From Pirellulales bacterium (GTDB taxonomy: Bacteria > Planctomycetota > Planctomycetia > Pirellulales > UBA1268), in contig JBBAVO010000001.1 of assembly GCA_040397635.1 (NCBI GenBank), positions 1-47,755 on the forward strand: a stretch of DNA of 47,755 nt. The letters run 5' to 3'. The notes below the pieces were generated by a model. That model had not been told where the DNA came from. It made no database searches and was given only the letters and a program-made list of their open reading frames with translations. Both the position numbers and the translations under genes were made by a program. Positions 1 through 9,081 of the stretch are shown piece after piece (the stretch's first letter is position 1; every line of letters begins with the position of its first letter).

Positions 1-152
1 CGGGCAACTGGATCAAGGATGCGGCGACGATCGTGGGAGGGAAGGGGGGCGGCCGCGCCGACCTCGCGCAGGCCGGCGGGAAGCTCGCCGACAAGCTTCC
101 CGAGGCGCTGGCAGCGGCCCGCACCTCGATCGAAGCGATGCTCAAGTCATAA
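1..152 (+). CDS. alaS: alanyl-tRNA synthetase, C-terminal fragment (5' end lies outside the window)
   Basis: Frame 3 is open from the window edge and reads [49 protein letters not shown]. The GGGG(R/K)xDxAQAGG motif is typical of the AlaRS C-terminal domain. TAA stop at 150-152. Confidence 0.6.
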   Translation, partial: GNWIKDAATIVGGKGGGRADLAQAGGKLADKLPEALAAARTSIEAMLKS

Positions 153-213
153 CTCCGAGGCATAACGCCGGTGATGGCAACGGCGATACCCTCGCTCGCG
201 CTTCGGGCTTGCA

Positions 214-240
214 TGCGGGAACGAGAGGTGCGGGAACGAG
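214..240. repeat. 12-nt direct repeat TGCGGGAACGAG x2 (period 15) in the alaS/tpx convergent spacer
   Basis: Exact copies at 214-225 and 229-240, separated by AGG. An imperfect inverted partner (CCTCGCTCGCG) lies at 189-199. Confidence 0.6.
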
Positions 241-254
241 GCAATTCCCAGCGC

Positions 255-779
255 TTACCCGACGAGCTTCTGCAACGCGGCGAGGGCGGCGTCGTAATCC
301 GGCTCGCTGGCTACTTCCGTGACGACCTGTGCGTATTGCACGACGCCCTTGGAGTCGAGCACGAACACCGCCCGGGCGAGAATCTTCAACTCGTCGATCA
401 GCACGCCCCAGTGTGTGCCGAAGTTGCGGTCCATGTAGTCGCTGCCGTTCCGCATCGACTTGATGTCTTCGGCCCCGCAGAATCGGTTCATGGCGAACGG
501 CAGGTCGAGGCTGACGGTCAGCGCCGACACCTTGTCTCCGAGGGCGGCCAGCCGCGTGTTGAACGTCTTTGTCTGCACCTGGCAGACCGGCGTGTCGAGC
601 GAGGGCACCACGCTGATGAACGCCGGCTTGCCGAGCAGGTCGGCCTTGCGGATGTGCTGCATGCCACCGGCCTCGAAGGCCACCACGTCGAAATCGGGAG
701 CGGGCGAGCCCACCTTCACCTCGTCACCCACCAGCGTGAGCGGATTACCCTTAAACGTGACTGCGCCGTGCCGACCCAT
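255..779 (-). CDS. tpx: thiol peroxidase (Tpx-type peroxiredoxin), 174 aa
   Basis: Internal ATG at 779 of ORF 255..1208. The product begins MGRHGAVTFKGNPLTLVG and has the SVVPSLDTPVC peroxidatic Cys motif and a typical Tpx length. The upstream 143 aa of the ORF are Arg-rich junk. Confidence 0.9.
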   Translation of the reverse strand: MGRHGAVTFKGNPLTLVGDEVKVGSPAPDFDVVAFEAGGMQHIRKADLLGKPAFISVVPSLDTPVCQVQTKTFNTRLAALGDKVSALTVSLDLPFAMNRFCGAEDIKSMRNGSDYMDRNFGTHWGVLIDELKILARAVFVLDSKGVVQYAQVVTEVASEPDYDAALAALQKLVG

Positions 780-914
780 GGTGCGTATCTCCTGACGGGA
801 AAATGGAAGCGGTGAACCTTCGATGCGATGGCGGAAGTATCGCCGGGAAATCGGCGGCGACAAGCCTCTGCCGCTGGATCGCGAGCAAAACGGGGGTCGG
901 GCGGCGGGGTTCGC

Positions 915-1178
915 ATGGCAGAAACCGCCGCGACGTTCTACGATCTCGCCGGTGATGTGACCGCCCGATTCCCTTCCCCAACCTCCTCGTCGGAGACCGA
1001 TTCGATGGCAGCACTTGGTCGGCTTGGCCAGTTTCTCGGCCTCGCGATCCCTGCGGTCGCCATCCTCCTCGAACTCAACCACGCGATCTCGCTCGGGCAG
1101 ATGCTGGTGATGCTGGTCGCCGCGATCTGCTGCTTTTGGATCGGCCGAATCGTGGAGGGCTACTTCCGCAATGTCTGA
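915..1178 (+). CDS. small hypothetical membrane protein (two predicted TM helices)
   Basis: ORF 828..1178 has a hydrophobic C-terminal half (LGQFLGLAIPAVAILLEL...MLVMLVAAICCFWIGRIV) and high GC3. An alternative ATG lies at 1005. The stop overlaps the manA-like start by 8 nt, suggesting translational coupling. Confidence 0.45.
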   Translation: MAETAATFYDLAGDVTARFPSPTSSSETDSMAALGRLGQFLGLAIPAVAILLELNHAISLGQMLVMLVAAICCFWIGRIVEGYFRNV

Positions 1179-2172
1179 AGCAATCACCATGCACCCACTC
1201 CTGCTCACGCCTCTGTACCGCCGCTACCTCTGGGGCGGACGCCGCTTTGCCACGCACCTCAATAGGCCCCTGCCGCCCGGGGATGACTTCGCCGAATCGT
1301 GGGAACTCGTGGACCGCGGCACCGACCAGAGCGTCGTGGCGGCCGGCCCGCTGGCCGGAGCGACGCTCGGCGAACTGGTGCGGCAGCGGGGCCCCGAGCT
1401 GCTGGGCCGCCACGCGCCTCGGGCTGTCTTCCCGCTCCTCTTCAAGTTTCTCGACGCCTGCCGCGACCTTTCGGTGCAGGTCCACCCTGACGATGCGCGG
1501 GCCGCCAGCCTCTCCCCCCCCGATCTGGGCAAGACGGAGGCCTGGTATGTGATCGACGCCGCCCCGGGCAGCCGCATCTACGCCGGGCTCCATGCCGGTG
1601 TCGATCGTGAGTCTCTGGCAGCAGCCCTGCGGGCGGGCCGCTGCGACGAGGTGATGCATTCGTTTGAACCACGCGCCGGCGACTGCGTGTTTATCCCGGC
1701 GGGCACCGTTCACGCGATCGGGGCCGGCCTGGCCGTCGCCGAAATCCAGGAGTCGAGCGACGTCACCTACCGGCTCTACGACTGGAACCGCACCGGCGCC
1801 GACGGCAAGTCCAGGCCGCTGCACATCGAAGCCGGGCTCGAAGCCGTGACCCAGTTCGGTCCGGTGGCGCCGGTTCAGCCGCAGGCCATCCCGCCAGCAG
1901 GCGCACTCTCCGACGCCGACCCTGCCAGCCGTCGGCTCGTGGCCTGCGACTACTTTCTCTTCGACGAGGTGCGACCGCACGGGGACTGGGCCGTGGGGGG
2001 CGACGACAGCTGTCACTTTCTCGCCGTGCTGTCAGGCGACATCCATCTCGACCCCCGCTGGCAACTGCCACCGCTCACGAAGGGCATGTGCATGCTGCTG
2101 CCGGCATCGATCGGCCGCCAAGTGCTCGCAGCCGCGGCTGCGACGACCCTCCTGCACATCCAGCTGCCGTAA
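1171..2172 (+). CDS. manA: class I mannose-6-phosphate isomerase (cupin type)
   Basis: Motifs seen are LWGG, ESWE, LSVQVHPDD, EAWYVI, FIPAGTVHAIGAG and EIQESSDVTYRLYDWNR. The 333-aa length fits the bacterial type I PMI family. Confidence 0.75.
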   Translation: MSEAITMHPLLLTPLYRRYLWGGRRFATHLNRPLPPGDDFAESWELVDRGTDQSVVAAGPLAGATLGELVRQRGPELLGRHAPRAVFPLLFKFLDACRDLSVQVHPDDARAASLSPPDLGKTEAWYVIDAAPGSRIYAGLHAGVDRESLAAALRAGRCDEVMHSFEPRAGDCVFIPAGTVHAIGAGLAVAEIQESSDVTYRLYDWNRTGADGKSRPLHIEAGLEAVTQFGPVAPVQPQAIPPAGALSDADPASRRLVACDYFLFDEVRPHGDWAVGGDDSCHFLAVLSGDIHLDPRWQLPPLTKGMCMLLPASIGRQVLAAAAATTLLHIQLP

Positions 2173-2299
2173 GTGGCTCGGGGCCGCTTTTTCTGTGGCC
2201 CTTTCCGCTTCAAACCCGCCAGAAACCGACCTTGGGGTGCTCTGGGAGCGGTCCCTACACTCCCGCCCCCCGACAGCCCGAAGCCCCGGTGGGTTCCCC

Positions 2300-2575
2300 A
2301 TGCCTGCTTACCGTTCCCTGCTGCTGCCAGTTTTGGCCCTGGGCTTAGCCCTGGCGACATCGTCTGGCTGCGCCTCGCTGGGCAAGCCCGACTGGCTCGA
2401 CCCGGGACCCGAGCGACTCCAGCGGCGGAGGGCCGTGCGGTTTGACCCCTATCTGCAGGATGACATCGCGCCCTCGAGCCTTCGCCTCCCGCTGATGGAC
2501 GGCGCCCGGCCGCGCGACTTTGCAACGCCGGTGCCGGAGGTGCGACGCTCCCGCTGGTGGTCGCCGGTGCAGTAG
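2300..2575 (+). CDS. hypothetical lipoprotein
   Basis: Internal ATG at 2300 gives MPAYRSLLLPVLALGLALATSSGC, a signal peptide with a lipobox-like LATSSG|C. No recognisable domain. Confidence 0.55.
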   Translation: MPAYRSLLLPVLALGLALATSSGCASLGKPDWLDPGPERLQRRRAVRFDPYLQDDIAPSSLRLPLMDGARPRDFATPVPEVRRSRWWSPVQ

Positions 2576-2614
2576 CCGCCAGCGAGCGGCAGAGACAGCG
2601 GCCGGCACCGCGTT

Positions 2615-4063
2615 TTGCCCGATCGTTCACGGCATGCGCCGCGGAGCATTTGGCGGGTGTATGATCGTGGCCGCGGGAGCGATCGTCGCACGCCGCTTGA
2701 GTTCAGCCACTTTTCGATGGATTGTCCCACCGTGCCCGCAGACCGCCCCCCACGCTCCCCACGCGGCCCCAAGCCTGACCGCCCCTCGCGTCCATCCCGT
2801 TCCGTGAGGCCATCCCGTCCCGCGCGTCCTCCCCGCGTGGAACCCTCACGGATCACGTCGCGTCGGCCTCCACAGCGGCAGCCACTCCCTGACGAAGACG
2901 ACGCCCGCAGTGCCGCCAAGCGTCGGCTCGAGGCCCTCGATGACGGCCTCGAGCGGCTCCAAAAAGTGCTCGCTGCAGCCGGCCTCGGCAGCCGGAGAAC
3001 CTGCGAGGAGCTGATTACATCCGGTCGCGTCGAAATTGACCGGCAGGTCGTCACCCTGCTCGGCACGCGGATCGATCCACTCAAGTCCGAGGTGCGGGTG
3101 GACGGCGAGAAACTTCCGAATCCAAAGCGTGTCGTCTACATGCTCAACAAGCCGGTCGGTGTGGTGACCACCAACTTCGACCCCTCCGGCAGGCCCCGCG
3201 TGGTGGACCTGGTGCCCGGCGAGCAACGGCTGTTCGCCATCGGCCGGCTCGACCGTATGAGCGAGGGACTGATCCTCGTGACCAACGACGGTGCACTCGC
3301 GAATCTGCTCTCCCACCCACGGTATGGTGTGGAAAAAAAATATCTCGTGCAGGTAGCGGGCGTGCCGTCCCAGGAACTGCTCGATAAGATCCGCCGCGGC
3401 ATCACGCTGGCCGACGGGAAGGTGCATGCCAAGCGGGTGGACATCCGCTCGCAACACAAGCAGAGCGCCGTCCTTGAGATGATCCTCGACGAGGGAAAGA
3501 ATCGGGAAATCCGGCGGATGCTGGCACGGCTCGGCCACAAGGTGCACCAACTCAAGCGGGTCGGTGTTGGCAAGCTCTCGCTGGGCAACCTGCTTCCCAG
3601 CCAGTGGCGACAGCTCGCGTGGAGCGAAATCGAGGCTCTCAGGCACGACGCCATCGCAGCTGTCGGCCCGATCGAGGCCGAACGAATGAACGAACCGATT
3701 CGGGATGAGCGGGCGGGTAGGCCGGGCCGCTCTGGTCGTCCCGGTCGCGACGGCGGCCCCGGACGCGGGCCAGCGGGCCCGCCACGCCCGCCGCGTGCAG
3801 GGCAGGGGGCACCCCGCGGCACGTACCGTGATCAAGGCCAGCGGAGCCAGGGAACAAGAATCGAGGGAACAAGAAGCGTTGGCACCAGAGGCCAGGGAAA
3901 CGGGAACCAGGGCTCCAGACTGCCGGCAGGCAAGGGTGTCAGGCCCCGGAGCCCGGCCGGGCAGGGCACGGAGCAGGAGCCCAGAAGGCCCGCAGGCCGG
4001 CCCCCGCGACGGCCGCGAAAGCCTGGCAAGGCCTCGTCGTGGCGGAAGCCCCGCGGCGAGTGA
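2615..4063 (+). CDS. rluB: 23S rRNA pseudouridine synthase (RsuA/RluB family) with Pro/Arg-rich N-terminal and Arg/Gly-rich C-terminal extensions
   Basis: S4-like segment LQKVLAAAGLGSRRTCEELITSGRVEIDRQVV, catalytic GRLDRMSEGLILVTNDG, and KKYLVQV...GKNREIRRMLARLGHKV. The start codon is uncertain. Confidence 0.8.
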   Translation: MPDRSRHAPRSIWRVYDRGRGSDRRTPLEFSHFSMDCPTVPADRPPRSPRGPKPDRPSRPSRSVRPSRPARPPRVEPSRITSRRPPQRQPLPDEDDARSAAKRRLEALDDGLERLQKVLAAAGLGSRRTCEELITSGRVEIDRQVVTLLGTRIDPLKSEVRVDGEKLPNPKRVVYMLNKPVGVVTTNFDPSGRPRVVDLVPGEQRLFAIGRLDRMSEGLILVTNDGALANLLSHPRYGVEKKYLVQVAGVPSQELLDKIRRGITLADGKVHAKRVDIRSQHKQSAVLEMILDEGKNREIRRMLARLGHKVHQLKRVGVGKLSLGNLLPSQWRQLAWSEIEALRHDAIAAVGPIEAERMNEPIRDERAGRPGRSGRPGRDGGPGRGPAGPPRPPRAGQGAPRGTYRDQGQRSQGTRIEGTRSVGTRGQGNGNQGSRLPAGKGVRPRSPAGQGTEQEPRRPAGRPPRRPRKPGKASSWRKPRGE

Positions 4064-4124
4064 CCGGCCCGCGTTGCCCCGACGGTCGCCCCCCGATAAG
4101 CCCCACGCAAGCGAAAGGATTCCG

Positions 4125-5102
4125 ATGAGTTCAGGCACTGTCAGCACCGTCGACGAGCAGCCAGTCGGCCAGCCCTGCTACGCCGACACCGCTGCCTTCA
4201 CCTCGGCACGGATCGTGGCCCACAGCCAGATCGCCGAGAACACCTGGCGGCTCCGGCTCGACTGCCCTGCGATCGCCTCCGCCGCGGTTCCAGGCCAGTT
4301 CGCCATGATCCGCATTCCGCACCGCAGCGATCCGCTGCTGGCCCGCCCGCTGGCCGTCTACGACACCTTCAGCGACGCCGCCGCGGAGCAGGGCGGCGGA
4401 TCGCCCCGCCGCTACGCCGACTTCATCTATGCCGTGCACGGCCGGTTTACGACCGCCCTGCGGGACATGACCGTTGGCCAGGAACTGATCGCGTGGGGCC
4501 CTTTGGGCAACGGATTTCAGATCCCAGCCGTGGATCACTTGGTGCTCGTCGCGGGGGGCATCGGGCAGACGGCTCTCCTGAGTCTGGGCCGCGAGCGGCT
4601 GGGCCAGACGACCTATGGACCGGCATCACGGCCGTCGCCGGCACGGTGTCGCCGGGTCACCTGCTGCTGGGGCGCCAGGCACGCCGGACTCTTCGGCGGC
4701 ATCGAAGACTACCGGGCCGCCGGCATCGACGTGCATCAGGCCACGCTCGACGGCTCCGCCGGCCACCGGGGGACGGTCGTGGATCTGCTCGATTCACTGT
4801 TCGGCCCGACGGGGTCGGCATGCGATCCGGCCGACAACTCGCCGCACCTTTCCGCACAGGCGGATAAGCTGCGCAGCGTCCACGTCGCCTGCTGCGGACC
4901 CGATCCGATGATGGCCGCTGTGGCCCGCTGGTCGGCGGCCCGAAGCATCACGTGCGACGTGTCACTGGAGGCCCCGATGGCCTGTGGCATCGGGATCTGC
5001 TTTACGTGCGTGGCCCGCGTCCGCGATGGCTCAGGTGGTTGGGACTACCGGCGAACCTGCATCGAGGGCCCCGTCTTCGACGCGACTCGCATTGCATGGT
5101 GA
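4125..5102 (+). CDS. pyrK: dihydroorotate dehydrogenase electron-transfer subunit (FAD/2Fe-2S)
   Basis: In-frame ATG at 4125 (MSSGTVSTVDE...). Shows PGQFAMIR, RPLAVY, a GGIGQT NAD(P)-binding-like loop, and the C-terminal 2Fe-2S cluster motif CCGP...MACGIGICFTCV. The upstream part of ORF 3705.. overlaps the rluB tail and was discarded. Confidence 0.75.
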   Translation: MSSGTVSTVDEQPVGQPCYADTAAFTSARIVAHSQIAENTWRLRLDCPAIASAAVPGQFAMIRIPHRSDPLLARPLAVYDTFSDAAAEQGGGSPRRYADFIYAVHGRFTTALRDMTVGQELIAWGPLGNGFQIPAVDHLVLVAGGIGQTALLSLGRERLGQTTYGPASRPSPARCRRVTCCWGARHAGLFGGIEDYRAAGIDVHQATLDGSAGHRGTVVDLLDSLFGPTGSACDPADNSPHLSAQADKLRSVHVACCGPDPMMAAVARWSAARSITCDVSLEAPMACGIGICFTCVARVRDGSGGWDYRRTCIEGPVFDATRIAW

Positions 5103-5145
5103 TGCAGGAGTACGGCAGCCCTTTTCTGCTGCCCTCGCCAGACTT

Positions 5146-5188
5146 CAAGCCGAAGACCTCAAGCTGAAGGCGTCAGGCCTTCGGCTTG
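5146..5188. terminator. 10-bp inverted repeat spanning the rpsT stop in the pyrK/rpsT convergent spacer
   Basis: CAAGCCGAAG (5146-5155) pairs with CTTCGGCTTG (5179-5188). A second hairpin is GGCAGC-N8-GCTGCC at 5114-5133. No clean T-tract, so terminator function is tentative. Confidence 0.3.
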
Positions 5189-5553
5189 GCAGCCGCCTTC
5201 TTCCCCTTGCCAGCAGCCTTGGTCGAACTGCCCTTGGCCCCGCTCGCCTTGGCACCACTGCCCTTGACGGGGGTGACCGCCGTGCCGCCCTTCGATGCCA
5301 CCAGCATCCGCTTTGACAGCCGCGACTTGATCCGCGCCGCCTTGTTGCGATGAATCTTCTTCGAAGCGGCGGCCTTGTCAGCCGAACTGGCCAGAACTCG
5401 CAGTGCCTCGCGGGCCTGGGTGGCGTCGCCGGCGTCGATCGCCGAGAGCACCTTCCGAACGTGGGACTTGAGCTCCGACTTTGCGGCGCGATTGCGCTCG
5501 CGGTTGCGGAGATTCTGCTTGTGTCGCTTCTTGGCGCTGGCCGAGTGTGGCAT
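5173..5553 (-). CDS. rpsT: 30S ribosomal protein S20 with Lys/Ala/Gly-rich C-terminal tail
   Basis: ATG at 5553 gives MPHSASAKKRHKQNLRNRERNRAAKSELKSHVRKV...IHRNKAARIKSRLSK, the S20 signature. It is followed by an extra tail of roughly 40 aa (KGSGAKASGAKGSSTKAAGKGKKAAAKPKA). Confidence 0.9.
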   Translation of the reverse strand: MPHSASAKKRHKQNLRNRERNRAAKSELKSHVRKVLSAIDAGDATQAREALRVLASSADKAAASKKIHRNKAARIKSRLSKRMLVASKGGTAVTPVKGSGAKASGAKGSSTKAAGKGKKAAAKPKA

Positions 5554-5694
5554 GCCGGTAACTACCCTCTCAAGATCGGTGGAACGAAAACGGTTTGAAA
5601 ACAAGACCCCAAGGGCTCACCCATGGGGCTGGAGGCCTTTGGAGGCCCGCTGCGATCACTCGCAGACGATCGAATGGCAGACTGTGGACAACGG

Positions 5695-7122
5695 TTAGTT
5701 TCCGGCCCCTTTATCCTTTGCCGGCGTCAGCTTGTCCAGACGTTGGGCCACATCGCGGTAGCCAAAGTCGAGTTCGGCGAGCGCGGAGAGGTATTTCCGG
5801 GCGGAGTCGATGTCATCCAGACCGGCCGCCAGCACGCCCGCCCGGTAGAGGGCCCGCTTGCGGAGGTCCTGTTCACGGTCGGTCAACGAGTCCACGGCTG
5901 TCTGGTAATTCCGCATTGCCAACGGATACTGCCGGATCTTCTGGAAGCATTCACCGAGTTCGAGGGCCACCGCCCCCTTGCGGCGAGCGTCCTGCAGCAC
6001 GTCCTGGAACTGGCGGATGGCCTCCGCATGATTCCCGGCAGCCTTCAGTCGCATCGCCAGTTCGTACTTCCAACTGACGTTTTCCGGATAGCGGACGGTG
6101 CGGGCGGAGTAGACCTCGATCTCATACTTGAGCTGTGCGGCACGCAGTTGCTCGACGGCCTGGCGATTGCCGGGAGTGTCCTCCTCTGCCAGACGCTTCT
6201 CCGCCAACTGCAGTCGGTGACGCGTCCAGCGGAGCTGGCGGTCTTCGATGTGCTCACGGACCTTGAGGTCGTTCCCCGAGGCGGCAAGCGCCTTGGAGAG
6301 CACTTTCTGGGCCTCTTCAACCGTGCCGTCCCGTTCCACGAGATCGGCCAGTTCGAGATACGGTTCGATGGTGGCCGGATTCTTCGTGATGGCGGCCAAG
6401 AGAGCGGAGCGACGGTCCTTGGAACTCTCTCCTTCAGCGGCCGCTTCCACCTTTTGGCCGGCGGCAGAGGCCGGCTTCCTGCCGGTCAGCCCCTCACCGG
6501 CGGAGATGGTTTTGTCAACCTGGAGCTTCGCGACCTGCCGCTGGGCCTCATCGGCCATCCCCTTCGCGTTACCGATCCGCATCCAACAGGCGATGGCCTG
6601 GTCGTATTCGCCATAGGAGGAGAGGAAATCGGCGCACTTGCGGTTCACTTCCACGTCCGCGGGCGCGGCGTCGAGTGCGGCCTTGAGATAGACCCGCTGC
6701 GTGTCTACGAATCCAAGCATCCCGCAGGCTTCCGCCATGAGGAGCAGGCTGCCAGACTCGCCGGGATTGCCCTTGATGATCTCCACGCCCTGGGCAATCG
6801 CTTCCCGAGATTTTCCGGCCGCGATCAGCTTTCTGAGGCCTCCCCGTCCACCCGCCGACCAGAGGGCCGCCAAACCGCCCCCCTTCTTGCCGCCGTGCTT
6901 GATCCGTAGGGCTCCCAGCAGATTCTGGAGGAAGACGGCATTGGCCGGATCGCCCGCCACGCAGACCGAGAACATCTCGATCGCATAATCGATGTTTTTC
7001 GCGACGCTCTGCGTGGCATGCTGAAAACACTGGGCAAGCCGCGACCGCTCCGCGGGCGACAGCGAGGCCGACGGCTGCGGGGCTGCAGAACCCGTTCCGG
7101 CCGCTGGAGACTCATTCGCCAT
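5695..7122 (-). CDS. TPR-repeat protein (hypothetical)
   Basis: All-helical sequence with repeated A/L/Y/G TPR-like spacing (for example AEAIRQFQDVLQ, YPLAMRNYQTAV, ALYRAGVLAAG). Start taken at MANESP (7122); an upstream ATG at 7218 is possible. Confidence 0.65.
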   Translation of the reverse strand: MANESPAAGTGSAAPQPSASLSPAERSRLAQCFQHATQSVAKNIDYAIEMFSVCVAGDPANAVFLQNLLGALRIKHGGKKGGGLAALWSAGGRGGLRKLIAAGKSREAIAQGVEIIKGNPGESGSLLLMAEACGMLGFVDTQRVYLKAALDAAPADVEVNRKCADFLSSYGEYDQAIACWMRIGNAKGMADEAQRQVAKLQVDKTISAGEGLTGRKPASAAGQKVEAAAEGESSKDRRSALLAAITKNPATIEPYLELADLVERDGTVEEAQKVLSKALAASGNDLKVREHIEDRQLRWTRHRLQLAEKRLAEEDTPGNRQAVEQLRAAQLKYEIEVYSARTVRYPENVSWKYELAMRLKAAGNHAEAIRQFQDVLQDARRKGAVALELGECFQKIRQYPLAMRNYQTAVDSLTDREQDLRKRALYRAGVLAAGLDDIDSARKYLSALAELDFGYRDVAQRLDKLTPAKDKGAGN

Positions 7123-7386
7123 GAAAGTTTGGGTCGAAAGTGTGAATCGCGGGGCCTCGGCGTGATCCTGCAGGAACAGGTCCGGCAATCCCGCGGGCAC
7201 GGTATGCTGCCACGACACGGCGATGCATGCGTCGCCGTGTCGTGGCAGGGCCCCAGAGTGTAGCCCCCGGCCCCGGAAGCCTCAAAGGCCTGCCCTGACG
7301 CAGCGATTCCGACACCGACCGACCCCCATTTCCTGCCGCCGCCCCCTGCCGCTCGCCGCGGCCCCACTCAGACCGCCACTTTTCCG

Positions 7387-8961
7387 ATGCCTCGCGACCG
7401 TTCGGCTTCCCCATCCGCGCATCATGATCGCCACGGCAAGGTATTGTTCGTGGGCGCAGGGCCGGGCGATCCCGGCCTGCTCACCGTCCGGGCATTGGAC
7501 TATCTGCGGCTGGCCGATGTCGTGGTGTACGACACGCTCGTGCCCGCGGACGTGCTCGACATGGCCGCCCCGGCTGCCGCGCGGCTGGCAGTGCCGCGGG
7601 ATGGACGGGAAGGGGACGGCGACCCCGGCGAGGCGACCGGCCGGCTGCTTGCGCGTCTGGCGGCGGAGGGCCGCACGGTGGTTCGACTGAAGGGGGGCGA
7701 TCCGGCGGTTTTCGGGAGGCTCAGCGAGGAGATGGGACCGGTGTGGGAAGCCGGCATCCCGGTCGAGATCATCCCTGGCGTCACGGCGGCGGCTGCGGCC
7801 GCAGCCGCCGCCGGCATTCCATTAACCAGCCGCGCTGCGGCCTCGAGCCTCACGATCCTCACCGGCCACGAAGCCGCCGACAAGCCTGAGGGGATCGACT
7901 TTCGACAGCTCGCTTCACTGCCTGGAACATTGGCAATCTACATGGGCGTAGAACAGGTCGAGCGGTGGTCGAGCGAGCTTCTGTCGGCGGGCAAGCCGGC
8001 CGATACGCCGGTCACGATCGTAAGCCACTGCTCCTGGTCCGACCAGCGTATCGCCGTCAGCACACTGGCCCGCTGCGCCGCCGACTTCGGGCGGCACAAC
8101 TGGCCGTCGCCAGCCGTGGTGATCGTCGGCGAGGTGGCACAGCCTGTCGTTGGGGCTTCCATCGCGATGGATCGAGGGCGCGACCGCGGACCTCTCGCAG
8201 GACGGCGGGTCCTCAATACCCGGCCACCCGGGCCGCGCGACGATCTCGACAGCCTTGTCCGCGCGGCGGGCGGCCGCTCCCTTCGTGTGCCCGCGATACG
8301 CATCCAGCCACCGGAGTCGTGGCAGCCGCTCGATGACGCCATCCGGCAGGCCGATACGTTTGACTGGATCGTCTTCGCCAGCGCGAACGGCGTGCGGAGC
8401 TTCGTAGACCGCCTGCGGGGGGCCGGGCTCGACGGCCGGTCACTCGGCACGGCACGGCTGATCGCCATCGGCCCGGCCACACGCGAGGCCTTGGAACACG
8501 CCGGCTTCACCTGTGACCTCACGCCCACGCTGTTTCGCTCCGAAGGGATCACCGCCGCCCTCGCCCGGTCCCCCACGCCCAGCCGGTTCCTGCTGGTGCG
8601 AGCCAACCGCGGCCGAGACCTGATGCGGCGGGAGCTCGAGGCCCGCGGGCACGTGGTGCGGGAAGTGACGGCCTATTCGAGCGAGCCGGTCGAGTCGCTC
8701 GACATGGCCACTGTCGCAGCGATCGACCAGATGCCGGTGGACTGGATCACAATCACCAGTTCCCTGATCGCCGAATCGGCCATCCGGCTGTTTGGTCCGC
8801 AGATCAGACGGTGGCGGGTTGCCAGTCTGAGCCCGATCACGTCGGCAACTCTTCGGCAGCATGGAATCGAGCCCACGGTCGAGGCAGCAGCCGCAGTCGC
8901 CGAGAGTCTGGTCGCCGCCATGGCGGACTGGGAAATTGCCCACGCCCCCCCGCCTGCCTGA
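7387..8961 (+). CDS. cobA: fused uroporphyrinogen-III C-methyltransferase / uroporphyrinogen-III synthase
   Basis: The N-terminal half has VLFVGAGPGDPGLLTVRA, VVYDTLV and LKGGDPAVFGR (SUMT/CobA motifs). The C-terminal half (GRRVLNTRPPGP...WIVFASANGV...IAIGPATREAL...ITSS) has the HemD layout. Confidence 0.8.
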   Translation: MPRDRSASPSAHHDRHGKVLFVGAGPGDPGLLTVRALDYLRLADVVVYDTLVPADVLDMAAPAAARLAVPRDGREGDGDPGEATGRLLARLAAEGRTVVRLKGGDPAVFGRLSEEMGPVWEAGIPVEIIPGVTAAAAAAAAAGIPLTSRAAASSLTILTGHEAADKPEGIDFRQLASLPGTLAIYMGVEQVERWSSELLSAGKPADTPVTIVSHCSWSDQRIAVSTLARCAADFGRHNWPSPAVVIVGEVAQPVVGASIAMDRGRDRGPLAGRRVLNTRPPGPRDDLDSLVRAAGGRSLRVPAIRIQPPESWQPLDDAIRQADTFDWIVFASANGVRSFVDRLRGAGLDGRSLGTARLIAIGPATREALEHAGFTCDLTPTLFRSEGITAALARSPTPSRFLLVRANRGRDLMRRELEARGHVVREVTAYSSEPVESLDMATVAAIDQMPVDWITITSSLIAESAIRLFGPQIRRWRVASLSPITSATLRQHGIEPTVEAAAAVAESLVAAMADWEIAHAPPPA

Positions 8962-9081
8962 CCGGACCGGCTGCCTGCGGCGAGGAAATTCCAGAACAGT
9001 GGAAACCCACGACGATAGTGACTCTGGGGAAGAAGGCCATGGAGGGCCCATCGCCCACACAGGCACGACGGAGGATTCGTC

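Noticed and set aside
2846-4147. 433-aa minus-strand ORF.
   Set aside because: It is antisense to rluB, which has the S4 and RLD catalytic motifs.
5623-6909. 428-aa plus-strand ORF.
   Set aside because: It is antisense to the TPR gene at 5695-7122. Its composition (Gly/Arg/Leu/His-rich, no motifs) indicates a GC-driven open frame.
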